DNA of 64,000 nt from a virus. Made by a program: the position numbers and the translations under genes. The notes below the pieces were generated by a model, which ran no database searches, was not told the origin of the DNA, and saw only the letters and a list, made by a program, of their open reading frames with translations. The stretch covers positions 1 through 64,000 of IMG/VR virus record IMGVR_UViG_3300039008_000243. One strand, 5' to 3'. Positions 18,267-27,659 of this stretch are shown here, one piece after another (position 1 is the first letter of the stretch; each line of letters begins with the position of its first letter).

Positions 18267-18878
18267 ATGCCCCTATTTATTTTTGAAGGGATGGATTGTG
18301 TAGGTAAATCTACTATACAAAAAGAGGTTTCTGCTTTTTTTAAAAAAACTTTAAGAACCTCTATATCTACAAAACAGCCTTATTCTGAGAACCTTAGAAA
18401 GTTTGTCTTAGAAGAGTGCCAGGAAGGTATTTCTAGGCATCTAGCTTTTTCTGCTGATAGCATAAATCATATAAACAGCTTAATTTTTCCATCTTTGAAA
18501 GAAAAACAAACTGTTTTTTGTGATCGTTGGTATCCTATATCTGAATACATTTATAGAGAATTTACCTTAGATTCTGATTTAAAATTTTTAGATATATCTA
18601 CTTGTGGTCTAATTGCAGACATAATTTTTATTTTATCACCTCCTAAATCAGTAGTTAAAAATAGACTAATACGAAAATTCCAAAAAGACGGGCATTTAAA
18701 TAGTATTGAAACACGTTTATACTATGATCAGGGTTACTTTGACCATGTGTATAACTCTTATCTAAATGCTGATACACATCCTTTTTTAAATAAATTAGGT
18801 AAAGAAATTTTTGTACTAAAAGAAGAAAACTATAATACTAATTTGAATACTATTTTTACACTGCTTTTAACTTCTTAA
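18267..18878 (+). CDS. tmk: Thymidylate kinase
   Basis: P-loop FEGMDCVGKST and DRWYPISEYIY (the DR-x-x-x-S-x-x-aY motif of dTMP kinases). A lone plus-strand gene inside the minus-strand tail block. Confidence 0.8.
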   Translation: MPLFIFEGMDCVGKSTIQKEVSAFFKKTLRTSISTKQPYSENLRKFVLEECQEGISRHLAFSADSINHINSLIFPSLKEKQTVFCDRWYPISEYIYREFTLDSDLKFLDISTCGLIADIIFILSPPKSVVKNRLIRKFQKDGHLNSIETRLYYDQGYFDHVYNSYLNADTHPFLNKLGKEIFVLKEENYNTNLNTIFTLLLTS

Positions 18879-21607
18879 GTTATTATAGTCAAGCCATCTT
18901 GAGTCAATATTTCAGGCTTCCAAAGTATTGCTGTAATATTGACTTGGAGATCTCTAGGTTCTATTGAAGTGATTCTATAAATTTTTTCATTTATGTTTGT
19001 GTTGATTATTAAGATATCCCCTGAAAAACCTTCTCGACGTGGTTGTATGGTTTCTTGAAGTCCTGAGACTGTAATTGTATTATTCCCCCCTAAACTATAA
19101 TCTAATTCAGTCTCTATAGGAGTATTACTTGCAGGATCTAAGTGATAAACATTCACTTTACTATTTACAGGATTTATATAGGGTTTTAAAGGTTTTGATA
19201 ATGCTATAGTTTGAACCCCTAAAGCTAAGTTACCTGCTATTATGCAGAAACCACTGTATTCGGCATTAGTTTCCATAGGAGCATACTGAATAATAATGAG
19301 GTTACCCGCTTTTTCTGAAAAGCCCTGGATACCTGTAGAAAACTTTATACTTCTATCCTGGATTCTTCTGGATTTAAGATATCTAGATGCTACTGTAATA
19401 GCTTGTGCTTCGTTAGTGATGCTCTTATAATTCAAAGATTCTACGACCAGGGGATCTATACCTTGTGCAGCTTCATTAGTCAATACTGTAATAGTTGTAT
19501 CGACCCTGGTCGAATCATCTTCGAGTGCTGAATAAGTGAGGTTAACTTGGTTAATTGTTCTGGGGTCTGGGTTACTTTGTTCAAAACTTCCCGGTATAAT
19601 GTTACTAACAGAATAAATACCCGTTGGTAAAGTCTCTTGTTCGGGAATCAACCCAAAATTTCCACTAAATTTCGTAGGAAATAAAGTGGAAGCTAAGGAC
19701 TCTTGGGTGACAAAAGAATCAAATTGTATTTTATCTGTAATAACATTATCCCAAAAAAAGTTGTTTGCTTTGACAAAAGCTCTTGAACTTACAATTGAAG
19801 GAAAATCAATAAAATCTTCTTGAATATAATTACCTAGTCCCGTTTCTTTATTCAATAAAAGGTAAACATATAAATCTGGAAAGTAATTAATAGAATCTAT
19901 AAAAAAGACTAAATATCTATCACCAACACCCCAGCCTAGATTATTTGAAGTTATAGTGGTTGTTGTAAAATTTGTGATATTTGCTTCAATTTTTTTACTA
20001 ATATTTCTTATAATGATTGTGAAAGAACTTTCATAAGAGTCAAAACTAAAATTAGCACTAGGATCTATCAAGCTTCCTGAAGTGCTCCCAGAGCCGGCTA
20101 ACCCTGTAAAAAGATGTTGTCTACCTTTTATACCTTTTTCAACCTTATCACTACGTGTAATGCTGCCTGATAAGGCAGGATCAGCTTTGATTTCATCATA
20201 AGCTAAGACCAGGTTTTTATAGTTGGTTACTCTTGATTGACCTATTGCATCTGGAGTGACAATTTCATTCACACTTGTCAAAGTGATGGGGGGTGTGTTT
20301 GTGGTTGAAATTGTTTGAAAATCCTTTCCATTCGTTCTAGATATCCACCCTGTGATAAGTCCATTTCTTGATTCATAGACAATAGTTACACCAGCTATTA
20401 TAGATGTCTGCAAAATACCACTATCATCTAACTCAATTGCTTCCCTTGAATTTAATACCCCTTCTTCATTGCCTTCTGCATAAGGTATAAGTTCTATTTT
20501 ATGTTTGCTTAAGGATAATCCTTGGATAGTTAAGGATCTACGAAAAACATTTTGTTCTTCATGTTGAATTACAAAGTTTTGCAAATAAATACCATCGATA
20601 AACAATTGGAAAACAGTCGCCGCTTTAGCAGATTCCCCTTCATCGTCAATTGCAAACAGTTGACATCTAAAATTTAAATCAATTCTATTACAACGTTTTG
20701 TTGTTGTGTATGTAGCCTTAATAATTCTGTAAAATACATCACCACCTGTTGTAGGTAAGAAAGTATTTGTTGTGACCAGGTTATTATCTCTGTCAATACT
20801 TGTTATTCTGAATCTAGTATTATTGACTATATACTCAGATCCAAAAGTAAAACGATCTGTCACATCTTCATCAGTTTCAAACCCATTCCCATTAAAAATA
20901 TCATTAGAGCCTGAATCCCATAGCCATTGTGCTGCACAAACATTGAGAGAACGTGGTGAGATTACTTGAGAATAATTTAAAATTTGGGGGTAAGGGGTTT
21001 GTGTTGATGTCCCTAATTTATATTCAGTAAAAATATTATCAGTGGGGTAGTTTTCTTTTAATTGTCCATTTATAAAGCTTTCATCCGAATTTATAGAAAG
21101 AAATTCCCCTAAACCTAATGATCTTAACAAGTAAAGGGTTTGTTCTCCATTAAAAGTTGCAATTCGGCTATATATTACGTCACCGGGGATAGCTAAAGAT
21201 CCTTGGTTATTTGTATCCGTATTAGTGAATACTAAAGGGATTACCCCACCTAACCTAGGGGGTGCTGGTGCAGAATCAAAACCTGGTACGTTTGATGCTG
21301 TATCAGAATCTTCAGTATTTTTCTTTCTATTACCTCCAAATAAGCGCCAACCTATGGAACCCCCTATTAAAGCTCCCATAAAAGAAGACACACCAATTAG
21401 ACCAGGGGCAAAAAAGAACCCTAAAGCAGCAAAACCTACAAAACCCAGAACTCGTCCATTTTCAACAGGACAATAATAAACATTTAAGCACCATAGTTGC
21501 CTATTTTGGAATTGCTGATTTTGATACTGAACAAGTAAAATATATTGTAAATCCCCCTGGTCGAATGAAGTTAATTCCTCTAGCTTTTGTATTGATGTTT
21601 TATTCAT
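18875..21607 (-). CDS. Putative central tail tip / host-specificity (gpJ-like) protein, 910 aa
   Basis: Call rests on size and its position next to fibre genes. The N-terminal glycine-zipper hydrophobic segment GFVGFAALGFFFAPGLIGVSSFMGALIGGSIGWRLFGG is unusual. Confidence 0.45.
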   Translation of the reverse strand: MNKTSIQKLEELTSFDQGDLQYILLVQYQNQQFQNRQLWCLNVYYCPVENGRVLGFVGFAALGFFFAPGLIGVSSFMGALIGGSIGWRLFGGNRKKNTEDSDTASNVPGFDSAPAPPRLGGVIPLVFTNTDTNNQGSLAIPGDVIYSRIATFNGEQTLYLLRSLGLGEFLSINSDESFINGQLKENYPTDNIFTEYKLGTSTQTPYPQILNYSQVISPRSLNVCAAQWLWDSGSNDIFNGNGFETDEDVTDRFTFGSEYIVNNTRFRITSIDRDNNLVTTNTFLPTTGGDVFYRIIKATYTTTKRCNRIDLNFRCQLFAIDDEGESAKAATVFQLFIDGIYLQNFVIQHEEQNVFRRSLTIQGLSLSKHKIELIPYAEGNEEGVLNSREAIELDDSGILQTSIIAGVTIVYESRNGLITGWISRTNGKDFQTISTTNTPPITLTSVNEIVTPDAIGQSRVTNYKNLVLAYDEIKADPALSGSITRSDKVEKGIKGRQHLFTGLAGSGSTSGSLIDPSANFSFDSYESSFTIIIRNISKKIEANITNFTTTTITSNNLGWGVGDRYLVFFIDSINYFPDLYVYLLLNKETGLGNYIQEDFIDFPSIVSSRAFVKANNFFWDNVITDKIQFDSFVTQESLASTLFPTKFSGNFGLIPEQETLPTGIYSVSNIIPGSFEQSNPDPRTINQVNLTYSALEDDSTRVDTTITVLTNEAAQGIDPLVVESLNYKSITNEAQAITVASRYLKSRRIQDRSIKFSTGIQGFSEKAGNLIIIQYAPMETNAEYSGFCIIAGNLALGVQTIALSKPLKPYINPVNSKVNVYHLDPASNTPIETELDYSLGGNNTITVSGLQETIQPRREGFSGDILIINTNINEKIYRITSIEPRDLQVNITAILWKPEILTQDGLTIIT

Positions 21608-21968
21608 GCCTGTAATAACTATCTATAAGCAAATTTTCTAATTTTTCTATTTTAGCTTTATCTGCAATGTATAAAATCCCTTCTAAATCCCCAAAATTCA
21701 AATAAGTTCCTATATTATATTGTTTATTATTGCCTGGTTCATTAGGATTTACTAAACAAACAATATCTAAATGTTTAGGGATTTCAACTTTTTTTAATAA
21801 TGTTTGCAGTTGAGTCTTAACACATTTTCTATAGTTACCTTTAGGTAATCTTTTTTTGTTGTAGTAATTTCTGACCCATTGGGCTAATAAAAAGCAATCC
21901 CATTTACCTAATTTGAAAGGATCTTGCGGGATTGCTTGATAAAATTTTAAGTATTTAGGCACACTCAT
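21600..21968 (-). CDS. Hypothetical protein, possibly a degenerate NlpC/P60-like protein
   Basis: WDCFLLAQWV resembles the NlpC/P60 Cys motif, but the His region is not conserved (QYNIGTYL). Overlaps both neighbours by 4-8 nt. Confidence 0.35.
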   Translation of the reverse strand: MSVPKYLKFYQAIPQDPFKLGKWDCFLLAQWVRNYYNKKRLPKGNYRKCVKTQLQTLLKKVEIPKHLDIVCLVNPNEPGNNKQYNIGTYLNFGDLEGILYIADKAKIEKLENLLIDSYYRHE

Positions 21969-22792
21969 TCAGGAATCCAATCGACAAATTCCTTATCATT
22001 ATAAACCCACCTATAAATTCCTTTATAAATCTCTGATTTCCTTATTTTTAATTCCGGAAAAAGAATTAATTTATGGTTCTCTTCATTACAAACTAGAAAT
22101 AATTCTGGGTACTCTCCTTTAGGAATTACAATTATTTGCTTTTTTTCTAAGGAAGTATATTGATTGAATTGATCTGTGTTAGGTTTAAGGATTACTCCAT
22201 TTTGTAAAATTTTAAGAGTTCCCTGTTCTATTGTGTCACTTAAATCAGGTTCTTTTGGTGGGGGTACTACCTCAATGTTTTCAATAATACCTTCAAAAAT
22301 GGCTTTACCAAAATCTTTAGAAGAGAATTTTTGCATATCGCTTTGGTTGGTTACAAAGCCACATTCAACCAGGATAGCAGGCATTTTAGTACGTCTAAGT
22401 ACAGATAAATCTCGTCTAACTTTAATCCCCCGATCAGCATAGCCTAAGCTAGCCATTTTTCTTTGAATTGAGGCAGCGAAGGGCATTACTTTGTGGGATT
22501 TAGCATAGACCAGGGTTTCTACTCCGTGTGCTTTGAAACTAGCCGCATTTAGATGGATGGAGACAAATAAGTCAGCATTCCAGTTATTGGCTTTTCTTGA
22601 ACGTTGTAAAAGACTATCTCCAAGACTTTTTGCACTTTTTGGAGTGACATTCAAACATGTAATGTTATGTTTTGTTAAACGTTCAATTAAATCCTCCCCG
22701 ATAGCTTTAGCTAAAGGATCTTCACTTTTATAGCCAACAGCACCTGTATCTACCCCTGGCTGATTGTGCCCAATATCGATTGCTATTAACAT
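21965..22792 (-). CDS. N-acetylmuramoyl-L-alanine amidase (Amidase_3 type endolysin) with C-terminal extra domain
   Basis: IAIDIGHN...GAVG, FVSIHLNA, VETLVY and ILVECGFVTN are the conserved blocks of AmiA/B/C-type zinc amidases. Confidence 0.9.
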   Translation of the reverse strand: MLIAIDIGHNQPGVDTGAVGYKSEDPLAKAIGEDLIERLTKHNITCLNVTPKSAKSLGDSLLQRSRKANNWNADLFVSIHLNAASFKAHGVETLVYAKSHKVMPFAASIQRKMASLGYADRGIKVRRDLSVLRRTKMPAILVECGFVTNQSDMQKFSSKDFGKAIFEGIIENIEVVPPPKEPDLSDTIEQGTLKILQNGVILKPNTDQFNQYTSLEKKQIIVIPKGEYPELFLVCNEENHKLILFPELKIRKSEIYKGIYRWVYNDKEFVDWIPE

Positions 22793-22794
22793 AT

Positions 22795-24258
22795 TTATAC
22801 ATTATTTATTGTAACTGTACTAAAATTTTCTAGAGAATGACAGGTGTCAACAATGGTTTCACCTAACCTAGCCAGGGTTGTCAAGTTTTCTGCATATATC
22901 CTCCATTGAGGAACAATAGAACATACAGGGTTTGTATCCCCAGATATTTCCCACCGACCTATCCAGTTAGAATCAGGAACAGAGATAATATCAGTGAGCC
23001 TAGGTAGAGGATTGCCAGCTGAAGGGGTACCAGGCACAGGTGTTGGATCATAAGAAATTTGCACTTCCCAATTATCTGGAATTGAATTTAAAATTTCAAC
23101 AGGTACATCTGGAACTACTACCCCATCCCAATTAGGATCACTGCTACTTACATTAAAGCTTATATCTACATTTTCATTCATTGTAATATCTTGAGAATTT
23201 AATGTGAGAGTTTGTGGAGTACTAAAATTCTCTGAAGTAAATGTTAAAGGAGTACCTGATAGAGTTAGTACATCTGTATCAGAAGAGATTGCAGATATCA
23301 CAACATCTTCAGTAGGAGCTTGACTTAGAGATATCTGCAATGGAGTGCTATCCTGTTCATCAAACTGGATAGGTAATGACTCTACATAAGTTAATGGGGT
23401 TACATTTACATTTACATCATAATCAGGTTGGATGACATTGTTCCAATCACTGTTGACACTGGAAACCGTGATAGAGATTGTGGTAGTACCATCAGCATTT
23501 TGACCAGGGGTGATTGACACATTAGTCACCTGGTCAGTCGTATAGTTTTCTGGGGAAAATACTAGGGTTTTGCTAGTTCCCCCATCTACTTGCACTACCG
23601 CAGGATCGTTGCTTGTAATTGTGATTGTCACATCATCGAAAGGATTTTCAGACAGATGTATAGCTAAATCAGTATCTGGATTTGACACGATATCTAAGTT
23701 TAAAGGACTTGTGAGTTCTATTTCTAATGTACCATTAAAACCCGCATTAAACCCTGAATCAGAGAATTCTAAGGGCTGAATAGCCCCTGTATTGCCTATC
23801 CATCTTAGACCAGGTACTGGGGTTACATCATCACCATCAACATTAGTAATAGATCCCTGAATACCATTTTGGAATCTCACATATACCTGGTCAAAAGGTT
23901 GTGTAACATCGAAAGTATTGTCAAGTAAGGGCTGGACATCTTCATAATTCCTTACATAAATAGGTACTGTAGTGTTTTGAGAATAACCTAATACCACTTG
24001 AGCTCCATCTGTACTTTCAAAGTAATCAGATAAAAACTCATCGATTAAGACAATACCACATATAGGGGCATTTTCTGTATCGGGTACACTAACCCCTGAA
24101 CCCATTTTTTGCACCAGCATTCCGAATAAAATAGGCTCAGCCCCTTTATTAACCAGTTTTCTAAGTGAGCCTCTTATAAGACTTCCTGCGTGTTTAGATA
24201 TGAAAGTGCCAGGGTTTAGAGACTTACCTCCAAAAAAAACTATCTCATTTTGTGTCAT
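22795..24258 (-). CDS. Structural protein: decoration-protein-like N-domain plus Ig-like beta-sandwich repeats
   Basis: The N-terminus (MTQ..PGTFISKHAGSLIRGSL) is paralogous to the 55660..56208 protein (MTQ..PGTFASSNGSRVIRGSL). It is followed by repeats with LVFSPENYTTDQV / LTFTSENFSTPQTLTL motifs. Confidence 0.55.
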   Translation of the reverse strand: MTQNEIVFFGGKSLNPGTFISKHAGSLIRGSLRKLVNKGAEPILFGMLVQKMGSGVSVPDTENAPICGIVLIDEFLSDYFESTDGAQVVLGYSQNTTVPIYVRNYEDVQPLLDNTFDVTQPFDQVYVRFQNGIQGSITNVDGDDVTPVPGLRWIGNTGAIQPLEFSDSGFNAGFNGTLEIELTSPLNLDIVSNPDTDLAIHLSENPFDDVTITITSNDPAVVQVDGGTSKTLVFSPENYTTDQVTNVSITPGQNADGTTTISITVSSVNSDWNNVIQPDYDVNVNVTPLTYVESLPIQFDEQDSTPLQISLSQAPTEDVVISAISSDTDVLTLSGTPLTFTSENFSTPQTLTLNSQDITMNENVDISFNVSSSDPNWDGVVVPDVPVEILNSIPDNWEVQISYDPTPVPGTPSAGNPLPRLTDIISVPDSNWIGRWEISGDTNPVCSIVPQWRIYAENLTTLARLGETIVDTCHSLENFSTVTINNV

Positions 24259-24259
24259 A

Positions 24260-24298
24260 AAAATACTCTGTGTAAGCTTTTATTACACAGAGTATTTT
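24260..24298 (-). terminator. 16-bp-stem hairpin between the replication genes and the late/structural genes
   Basis: aaaatactctgtgtaa (24260-24275) pairs with ttacacagagtatttt (24283-24298). On the minus strand it ends in a T-run 1 nt before the ATG at 24258. Confidence 0.6.
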
Positions 24299-24365
24299 AA
24301 CATTTTTTAATATTTTAGATGATGTGTTTTTGTAAATTTAATTTTGAAGTTGTTAGGCTATAAAT

Positions 24366-24860
24366 CTATATATTAGGGGGACAATCTCTAATTTTGTCAA
24401 ATAAATTAAGCCCATAAGTGGCTAAACCTAAAGCTTGCCATAAATCATCTTTAAACCCATAAGTAACCCCTGGACTAGTTTTAGTTCCGGGTCTACCATA
24501 AATTTCAATCATTTTAGCTCTTATATCTTTATCATTAGCTTGTGAAAATTTGCATAAAGCTGATACATAAGTTTTTCTGGGTATTAAGAAAGTTTTTATA
24601 TTCATAGACTCTGAGATTTCTACAAAACGCCCTATAGCTATTGCAGTTTGGATTATTGAATCTCCTTGGACATTTCCATAAGATTTTATAGTTTCTATGA
24701 AAATTATATTATATTGTGGGGAGCTATTATTTAAAGACCTTTTAAGAAATGTTCTTATTTCCTTATTGTTTTCCAATTTTTTGTTTAAAATTTTACCTTT
24801 CTTCAAAACAACTAAAGCGGATTTTTTATTACCAGGGTCAATCCCAATAATCTTAGTCAT
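24366..24860 (-). CDS. RuvC-like Holliday junction resolvase
   Basis: N-terminal IIGIDPGNKKSALVV (catalytic Asp), IFIET (Glu) and C-terminal KDDLWQALGLA (D-x-x-D-A-l-a-l-A). Confidence 0.7.
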   Translation of the reverse strand: MTKIIGIDPGNKKSALVVLKKGKILNKKLENNKEIRTFLKRSLNNSSPQYNIIFIETIKSYGNVQGDSIIQTAIAIGRFVEISESMNIKTFLIPRKTYVSALCKFSQANDKDIRAKMIEIYGRPGTKTSPGVTYGFKDDLWQALGLATYGLNLFDKIRDCPPNI

Positions 24861-25149
24861 TTATTTCTCCTTTTTTAAGTACTTGGTAGATAAATTCTAT
24901 ATGATTTTTTTGTTCATCAAAACCTATTAGTTTCACCCAAATATAACTAAAACTTTCTATAAATTTTTTCTCTTTGTTATTGAAGACAACATATGTCTTT
25001 AGGGTTAAGTGGTTTATTAAATTTTGGGTATTCTTATTTTTATTTAACCCAAAAATAACATAAGGATTATCTGGATTATAAAACCAAAAACTAGAAAATA
25101 GTTGGTTATTTAATGTTAAATTGAGTACTTGCATTACTTTTCCGCCCAA
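24853..25149 (-). CDS. Hypothetical protein
   Basis: 98-aa ORF overlapping both neighbours by a few codons (translational coupling). Confidence 0.45.
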   Translation of the reverse strand: MGGKVMQVLNLTLNNQLFSSFWFYNPDNPYVIFGLNKNKNTQNLINHLTLKTYVVFNNKEKKFIESFSYIWVKLIGFDEQKNHIEFIYQVLKKGEIND

Positions 25150-27659
25150 TTATTCACTAAACAACTTTCGGGTTCCCAAGAATCTGGCTGATATGAGGGT
25201 ACCCACTCTATAAAACATTCTGCCATAGTTCTATTAACAAACTCGGCAACTATTAATTCATACCTTTTAGAGCATTCACAACCCACCTCATCATGAGTCA
25301 TTTGCCAAATCATAGCTTTCCATTCAGGGTGTTTTAAGAATTCTGCATGGATTAATCCAAGAGCTTTTTTAATGATAGTACCTTCCAACCTAAGCCAATT
25401 AAAACTCACAATATCGGTAGCCTTACCTTCCCAAATACCAGTATAATTGTTGGGGAATTTTTCTACAAATAATCTACCTCCATCTATGGATTTAGACATA
25501 GCATATAATTTAGCCCCAGAAACCCCTATATTTTGAAATCCCTTACTAGTATTCAAATTAAACTTTAAATTATGTTCATTGGCTTTTCTTATAGCTTCAA
25601 GTTGAAATTTATAACCCACGGCATAACGAGATCGCCAACCTTTTATATATTTTTTACAGGTAGAAATCTCTTCTAACTGGTCAGCTTCTTTTAGGAAAGT
25701 GCTTTGTAACGTTGTCCCACCGTTCAGATTTAAACACCCATAATAAGTGACTTTACTAGCCTTATAAACTTCATCGACCAAGGGTTGGAGTTCATGAGTA
25801 AGGTCTTTGTGTATTTTTTTGATTTCCCAAGGATCCATGGGTTTCCCCATAGCATCAAAAATTCCACTAGCTGTTATATAGTGCTCCTTGAGTCCTTGCT
25901 CTTTAGCTTTTTTAAGTTCAGGTTCTCCACTAACTTCACCAAAAATTTGACTATGGCTCCCATTAAAATCAACAATAATCATGCTTTTGTTATATGGAAT
26001 CATCCACAAAAAAGCTAAATAATCTATTTTTAGAAGAGCAAAAAGAAAGTAACTACTGGTCAAGTAACTGTGTGAGAAAGCTTTTCTAATATTTTCTAAG
26101 CCTAATTGTTGTTTTTTACGTGAAAGTTTAGGTATATTTTGAGCATTAGGTTTACCTGAAGTAGTACGACCGGATGCTTGATCACCATTTTGGTTGTAGA
26201 AAGTAAAAATTCTCCCTTGTTTATAAAATTTTAAATAAGATTCTATATATTCTAAATCTTTTTTTACTGATCTATAAAGCAAAAGATTTTTTAACATTTT
26301 TAATAAATGTTGATGATAAAATATTTGACTTTGGTAAACATATTGGTTTGTAGATTTCGTTGTTCTTAAAATAAACTCAGTGACTGATGGGTTATCTGTT
26401 GCAGGCTCTCCGTCTTTATTCTCAATTATTACTTTAATATTAGATAAAAAATTAAGTAACTGTTTTGGACTATTTATGTTTATATTAGAATCTAGGTCTG
26501 ACCAGGGTTTTTTAAGAACTTTTAAAGCTTCTTTTCTCTGTTTAGCTAGTTTTTCTAAAGTTTTTTTGTCCGTAGGCAGCCCTGTTGTGTTGAGATTATT
26601 AAAAGCAGGAATAGATGATAATTCCGCTTTTACTACAGCTTCCATACCTTCTGCAAGGCACTTATTTAAAAGAACTATACTTGCTAAGAATGTGTATTTG
26701 GGATCGTTAGCCGCATAATTTATCTGATTGTTTGTCAAAGGTAAGAACCAATCAAAAGATTGATTTTCTTTATCTAGAAAGATACCTAATTCCCTTGCAA
26801 CTATTTCTTTTAAGGTATGAGGAAATCTCACCCCACTAGAGTTAAACCCCCTGCTTAAACCTGCATAATAAATTTGGCTGAGTATCCGGGTATCCACTAT
26901 ATTATTCATGAAGATTCCAAATTTATTTTTAAACCATTTACCCTCAAAAGAGGCATTTTGTACAAAGATCCTACAATGAGGATCTGATAATTTCTCTACT
27001 ACTTTTATAAAAGATTCATTTTCCTCCCAACTAGAATAAAAATCATATACTCGGATCTTATCTATTTGGGGCAAGTAGACTTGAACAAGTCTAATCTCCC
27101 CTGTCTGGGGGTTAAAAGCACCTTCTTGATAATTATGACCATACGTTTCAATGTCAATTGATAGATCAAGGGTGCTTTCTAAAACTTTTACATATTCTTC
27201 AGTATCTTCTAGCAAAATGTCTTTATTGAGGATTTCTTGGTTCGCATAATCAGGTTGATAAGAATCTCTTAAAATCTTTGTCTTCTCTATATCTTTCTGT
27301 ATAGCAGACACTTTTTTAGTGGCTTTTCTCAATCCAACCTGGTCAAATGAAATTAGCTCTACAACATCATTAAGGATTAAACCAAAATCATCACATTCAT
27401 TTACCACATAATGAAAATTTTGATAAGCTTGAATTAGAAATTTATAACCATTAAATGCGAATAAAGACCCTATAGGATATTTTGGATTAGTTATTGTTTT
27501 AATTTTTCTTAAACCTTTAGTTGACCAGGGGATTCTGATTTCTTTGTTTTCACATTGGCAAACATAGCTAAATGCAACCATATCTAAATCTATGACTAGA
27601 CATTTAAACCCATCAGGATGTTTAAAGGAATCCTTTACTTGATATCTTGGTTTAGGCAT
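25134..27659 (-). CDS. Family A (Pol I / T7-like) DNA polymerase with 3'-5' exonuclease domain
   Basis: Exonuclease motifs DIETYG, NASFEGKW and YAANDPKY. Polymerase motif A VDFNGSHSQIF, motif B KASKVTYYGCLNLNGG, motif C QMTHDEV. Confidence 0.9.
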   Translation of the reverse strand: MPKPRYQVKDSFKHPDGFKCLVIDLDMVAFSYVCQCENKEIRIPWSTKGLRKIKTITNPKYPIGSLFAFNGYKFLIQAYQNFHYVVNECDDFGLILNDVVELISFDQVGLRKATKKVSAIQKDIEKTKILRDSYQPDYANQEILNKDILLEDTEEYVKVLESTLDLSIDIETYGHNYQEGAFNPQTGEIRLVQVYLPQIDKIRVYDFYSSWEENESFIKVVEKLSDPHCRIFVQNASFEGKWFKNKFGIFMNNIVDTRILSQIYYAGLSRGFNSSGVRFPHTLKEIVARELGIFLDKENQSFDWFLPLTNNQINYAANDPKYTFLASIVLLNKCLAEGMEAVVKAELSSIPAFNNLNTTGLPTDKKTLEKLAKQRKEALKVLKKPWSDLDSNININSPKQLLNFLSNIKVIIENKDGEPATDNPSVTEFILRTTKSTNQYVYQSQIFYHQHLLKMLKNLLLYRSVKKDLEYIESYLKFYKQGRIFTFYNQNGDQASGRTTSGKPNAQNIPKLSRKKQQLGLENIRKAFSHSYLTSSYFLFALLKIDYLAFLWMIPYNKSMIIVDFNGSHSQIFGEVSGEPELKKAKEQGLKEHYITASGIFDAMGKPMDPWEIKKIHKDLTHELQPLVDEVYKASKVTYYGCLNLNGGTTLQSTFLKEADQLEEISTCKKYIKGWRSRYAVGYKFQLEAIRKANEHNLKFNLNTSKGFQNIGVSGAKLYAMSKSIDGGRLFVEKFPNNYTGIWEGKATDIVSFNWLRLEGTIIKKALGLIHAEFLKHPEWKAMIWQMTHDEVGCECSKRYELIVAEFVNRTMAECFIEWVPSYQPDSWEPESCLVNNWAEK

